The notes under the pieces are model-generated. The model saw nothing but the letters and a program-made list of their open reading frames with translations, ran no database searches and was not told the origin of the DNA. A stretch of 64,000 nt of DNA from Eledone cirrhosa. Lineage: Eukaryota. Shown piece after piece: positions 58,541-64,000 of this stretch; the stretch's first letter is position 1; each line of letters opens with the position of its first letter. Made by a program: the position numbers and the translations under genes. Location of the stretch: positions 34,038,001-34,102,000 of the forward strand of contig OZ024741.1 in NCBI GenBank assembly GCA_964016885.1, in the 5' to 3' direction.

Positions 58541-60696
58541 TCTATACCCACTTATTACTAGTTAAAATACTGTCTATACCCACTTATTACTAGTTAAAAT
58601 ACTGTCTATACCCACTTATTACTGGTTAAAATACTGTCTATAGCCACTTATTACTGGTTAAAATACTGTCTATACCCACTAATTACTGGTTAAAATACTG
58701 TCTATACCCACTTATTACTAGTTAAAATATTGTCTATACCCACTTATTACTGGTTAAAATACTGTCTATAGCCACTTATTACTAGTTAAAATACTGTCTA
58801 TACTCATTAATTACTAGTTAAAATACTGTCTACACCCACTTATTACTGGTTAAAATACTGTCTATACCCACTTATTACTAGTTAAAATACTGTCTATACC
58901 CACTTATTACTGGTTAAAATACTGTCTATAGCCACTTATTACTGGTTAAAATACTGTCTATAGCCACTTATTACTGGTTAAAATACTGTCTATACCCACT
59001 TATTACTAGTTAAAATACTGTCTATAGCCACTTATTACTAGTTAAAATACTGTCTATAGCCACTTATTACTAGTTAAAATACTGTCTACCCACTTATTAC
59101 TAGTTAAAATACTGTCTACACCCACTTATTACTGGTTAAAATACTGTCTATACCCACTTATTACTAGTTAAAATACTGTCTATACCCACTTATTACTGGT
59201 TAAAATACTGTCTATAGCCACTTATTACTGGTTAAAATACTGTCTATAGCCACTTATTACTGGTTAAAATACTGTCTATACCCACTTATTACTAGTTAAA
59301 ATACTGTCTATAGCCACTTATTACTAGTTAAAATACTGTCTATACCCACTTATTACTGTTAAAATACTGTCTATAGCCACTTATTACTAGTTAAAATACT
59401 GTCTATAGCCACTTATTACTAGTTAAAATACTGTCTATACTCATTAATTACTAGTTAAAATACTGTCTATACCCACTAATTACTGGTTAAAATACTGTCT
59501 ATACCCACTTATTACTAGTTAAAATACTGTCTATAGCCACTTATTACTAGTTAAAATACTGTCTATAGCCACTTATTACTAGTTAAAATACTGTCTACCC
59601 ACTTATTACTAGTTAAAATACTGTCTATAGCCACTTATTACTAGTTAAAATACTGTCTATAACCACTTATTACTAGTTAAAATACTGTCTACCCACTTAT
59701 TACTAGTTAAAATACTGTCTATAGCCACTTATTACTAGTTAAAATACTGTCTATACCCACTTATTACTAGTTAAATACTGTCTATACCCACTTATTACTG
59801 GTTAAAATACATCCACTTATTACTAGTTAAAATACTGTCTATAGCCACTTATTACTAGTTAAAATACTGTCTATAGCCACTTATTACTGGTTAAAATACT
59901 GTCTATACCCACTAATTACTGGTTAAAATACTGTCTATACCCACTTATTACTAGTTAAAATACTGTCTATACCCCATATTACTAGTTAAAATACTGTCTA
60001 TACCCACTTATTACTGGTTAAAATACTGTCTATAGCCACTTATTACTAGTTAAAATACTGTCTATACCCACTTATTACTGGTTAAAATACTGTCTATAGC
60101 CACTTATTACTAGTTAAAATACTGTCTATACCCACTTATTACTAGTTAAAATACTGTCTATACCCACTTATTACTGGTTAAAATACTGTCTATAGCCACT
60201 TATTACTGGTTAAAATACTGTCTATACCCACTAATTACTGGTTAAAATACTGTCTATACCCACTTATTACTAGTTAAAATACTGTCTATACCCCATATTA
60301 CTAGTTAAAATACTGTCTATACCCACTTATTACTGGTTAACATATTGTCTATAGCCACTTATTACTAGTTAAAATACTGTCTATAGCCACTTATTACTAG
60401 TTAAAATACTGTCTATAGCCACTTATTACTGGTTAAAATACTGTCTATAGCCACTTATTACTAGTTAAAATACTGTCTATACCCACTTATTACTAGTTAA
60501 AATACTGTCTATAGCCACTTATTACTGGTTAAAATACTGTCTATACCCACTTATTACTAGTTAAATACTGTCTATACCCACTTATTACTGGTTAAAATAC
60601 TGTCTATACCCACTTATTACTGGTTAAAATACTGTCTATACTCACTTATTACTAGTTAAATACTGTCTATACCCACTTATTACTGGTTAAAATACT
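58541..60696. repeat. 32-bp minisatellite (about 67 copies)
   Basis: Unit TCTATA(C/G)CCACTTATTACT(A/G)GTTAAAATACTG. Confidence 0.96.
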
Positions 60697-60734
60697 ATGT
60701 ATACAGTGTACTCACTATCCTCATTCTTACCTAT

Positions 60735-62210
60735 CTGTACTCACACTCTCACCTATACTCAAGTACTCACACTCTCACCTATACTCACATGTACTCACAC
60801 TCTCACCTGTACTCACACTCACCTGTACTCACATTCTCACTTGTACTCACACTCACCTGTACTCACACTCTCACCTGTACTCACACTCTCACCTGTACTC
60901 ACACTCACATGTACTCACACTCTCACTTGTACTCACACTCACCTGTACTCACACTCACCTGTACTCACACTCTCACCTATACTCACACTCTCACCTATAC
61001 TCACTGTACTCTGGGGTTTTACCTTACTTTTTATTTTTTCTCACTATTTTTATCAACATTCCTCTCTTGTCACCTCTCTATTTCTATCTACCTACCTGGT
61101 CTATCTGACTACCAACCTACCTGCCTATCTACCTCACCTGCCTACCTACCCACGTACATTTCTATATTCCTACCTGGTCTATCTGACTACCAACCTACCT
61201 GCCTATCTACCTCACCTGCCTACCTACCCACCTACATTTCTATATTCCTACCTGGTCTATCTGACTACCAACCTACCTGCCTATCTACCTCACCTGCCTA
61301 CCTACCCACCTACATTTCTATATTCCTACCTGGTCTATCTGACTACCAACCTACCTGCCTATCTACCTCACCTGCCTTCCTACCCACCTACATTTCTATA
61401 TTCCTACCTGGTCTATCTGACTACCAACCTACCTGCCTATCTACCTCACCTGCCTTCCTACCCACCTACATTTCTATATTCCTACCTGGTCTATCTGACT
61501 ACCAACCTACCTACCTATTACCTTACCTGCCTACCTACCCACCTACATTTCTATCTACCTACCTGGTCTATCTGACTACCAACCTACCTGCCTATTACCT
61601 TACCTGCCTACCTACCCACCTACATTTCTATATTCCTACCTGGTCTATCTGACTACCAACCTACCTGCCTATCTACCTTACCTGCCTACCTACCCACCTA
61701 CATTTCTATCTACCTACCTGGTCTATCTGACTACCAACCTACCTGCCTATCTACCTTACCTGCCTACCTACCCACCTAAATTTCTATCTACCTTACCTGC
61801 CTACCTACCCACCTACATTTCTATCTACCTACCTGCCTATCTATCCTACCTACCTGCCTATCTACGTATCTATGTACCTACTTACCTACCTGCCTGCCTA
61901 TTTGCTTATCTACCTATCTACCTACATACATATCTACCAACCTACCTGTCTATCTACCAACATTCCTGTCTATCAATTTACATGTCTATCTCCCTACCTA
62001 TCTACATATCTATCTACATACCTGCCTATCTATCTACCTGCCTACCTATCTATCTACCTGCCTACATATCTATCTACCAACCTACCTATCTACCTGCCTA
62101 CCTACCTGCCTATCAATCTACCTGCCTACCTATCTACCTGCCTGCCTACCTATCTATCTACCTGCCTACCTATCTACCAATCAACATATTTGTCAACCAA
62201 CCTATGTACC
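60735..62210. repeat. 15-17-bp CTCACAC..CTGTA array, then a 78-bp CCTA-derived minisatellite decaying into (CCTA/TCTA)n
   Basis: CATTTCTATATTCC recurs at 61157 and 61235, a 78-bp period. Confidence 0.9.
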
Positions 62211-62459
62211 TATTTCCCTTCTTTCTCTATATCTATCTCTTCTCCCCCCTCTCATCTGACCCCCCCCCCCCCCCCCTTCAACAGTAGCCAGTAACCTGAC
62301 ACAGCAACATCCATAGTTTCCAGTTACTATCCACCAAAAGAATCGAAACTGTTGTTTCCATAGCAACCTTCAGATTCTGACAATTCCTACAGACCACACC
62401 ATTCAGCTGGGGGGGGGGGGGTTAAAGATATTCTTTTTAACGAGAACAACATCAATATA

Positions 62460-63790
62460 AAAATGGTTTCTTATATAGGCACAAGGCCAGCAATTTTGGA
62501 GGTGGGGAAAGTTGATTAAATCAACCCCAGTACGTTACTGGTGCTTTATTTTATCGACCCCGTAAGGATGAAAGCGAAGATAACCTTGGTGGGATTTGAA
62601 CTCTATGCCGCGAAGCAGGGTGTCCAACGCTCTACCGATTCTGTCAATTCACAGCAGCAATATAATAATAATTCTATCTCATGTTGGCACAAGTCGAGTA
62701 ATTTTGGGACAATGCAGAGTCAATTATATGAACCCCAGTATTTGTCTGGTACTTTATGGATTCCCAAAGAGTTGAAAAATAAAGTTGACTTCATCAGGAT
62801 TCGAACTCATCAGGTAAAGAGACATAACTAGGGAGTTGTAAGACAATTTATCTGATGTTCTAATGAAGCTGCCAAGCCACCGAATAATAATAATAATAAT
62901 TGTTTCTGCTTTTGGCACAAGGCCAGCAATAACCCAGTGCATTACTGGTACTTTATTTTATCAACCTCATAAGGATGAAAGGTAAAGTTAACCTTGGCGG
63001 GACTTGAACTCACACCGTAAAGGCCGTAACTCTATGCTGCAAAGCATGGCGTCTGACGCTCTATCGATACTGCCAAAATGGTTTCTACTTTAGGCACAGG
63101 GCCAACAATTTTTGGGGAAAGGGAAAGTTGATTAAATTGACTCCAGTACATTACTGGTACTTTATATTATCGACCTCGTAAGGATGAAAGGCAAAGTTAA
63201 CCATCGCGGGATTTGAATACAGAACGTAAAGGGCCGTACCCCTATGCCACTAAGCATGGTGTCCAGTGCTCTACTGACACTGCTAATCCACCACCTTAAT
63301 AATAATAATACTAATAATAATAATGGTTTCTGATTTAGGCACAAGGCCAGCAATTTTTTTTTGGGGGGGGGGGGTGGAGTTGATTAAATCGACTCCAGTG
63401 CATTACTGGTACTTTATCTTATTGACCCCGTTAGGATGAAAGGTAAGCTAACCTCGGCAGGATTTGAACTCAGAATGTAAAAGGTCACAACTAAATGCCA
63501 CAAAGTATTTTGTCTGATGCTCTACTGATTCTGCTGCCAATCCACCACTCTTACTATAATTGATATTAGTAAGATAATTGTCACAAAGCCATATATATGG
63601 ATTGATCAATCAATTCCCAATACCTGATTGATACTTTGTTTTATTGATCACTGGTGTATGTCCACCTCAGCAGGATTTGAACTCTGAATCTTAATTAATT
63701 GCATCATTTAATTTCAAAATAATAATTATGATAATAATGGTTTCTGATTTAGGCACAATTCAACCTCAGTATTTGACTGGTACTTTAGAA
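62460..63790 (-). mobile_element. Head-to-tail cluster of about 6-7 Meta/MESC-like SINEs
   Basis: Same repeated core as 55380-56150, separated by (AAT)n. Confidence 0.8.
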
Positions 63791-64000
63791 GAATTCAAGG
63801 CAGCTGCCAGTATTACTAACATTAATATGACCAACACTAATAACAACACTGCCTCTTCCTTCAACCCCACCACCCATTCTCTAGCCACACCACCAACAAG
63901 ACCATCACCACCACCTCCAACCTCACCACCACCACCACCTCCAACCTCACCACCAGTACCTCCAACCTCACCACCACCACTTTCTCCAACCTCGCCCACC

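Overview
This is eukaryotic, repeat-dominated, apparently intronic or intergenic DNA. The repeat landscape (tRNA-head SINEs, RTE LINEs with (GAT)n tails, very long (TA)n arrays) resembles an octopus/coleoid cephalopod genome; that assignment is inference. No host protein-coding gene can be supported, and almost all long ORFs in the track are microsatellite translation artefacts. The only real coding remnants are 5'-truncated LINEs: several RTE-clade copies and one young CR1-group copy with an open RT C-terminal ORF. The most interesting signal is a set of about 15 short non-coding elements from several sequence-unrelated families, most embedded in (TA)n arrays. They carry minimal type I hammerhead ribozyme folds (complete at 6550-6588, 6661-6699, 16007-16059, 16496-16551, 30969-31011, 41115-41150; half or decayed elsewhere). 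Many are built as fold-back palindromes, often centred on the ribozyme. One arm typically ends by TAT/ATA microhomology in the (TA)n array, and the families share a (TATT)GAGTRCT motif near their 3' ends. These look like Penelope-like (PLE) pLTR or retrozyme derivatives and appear to record a consistent insertion mechanism. Other features are RTE LINEs with an apparently captured SINE-like 3' UTR, a SINE B-box expanded into a 32-bp minisatellite, tandem SINE arrays, small DNA-transposon MITEs and many mini- and microsatellites.
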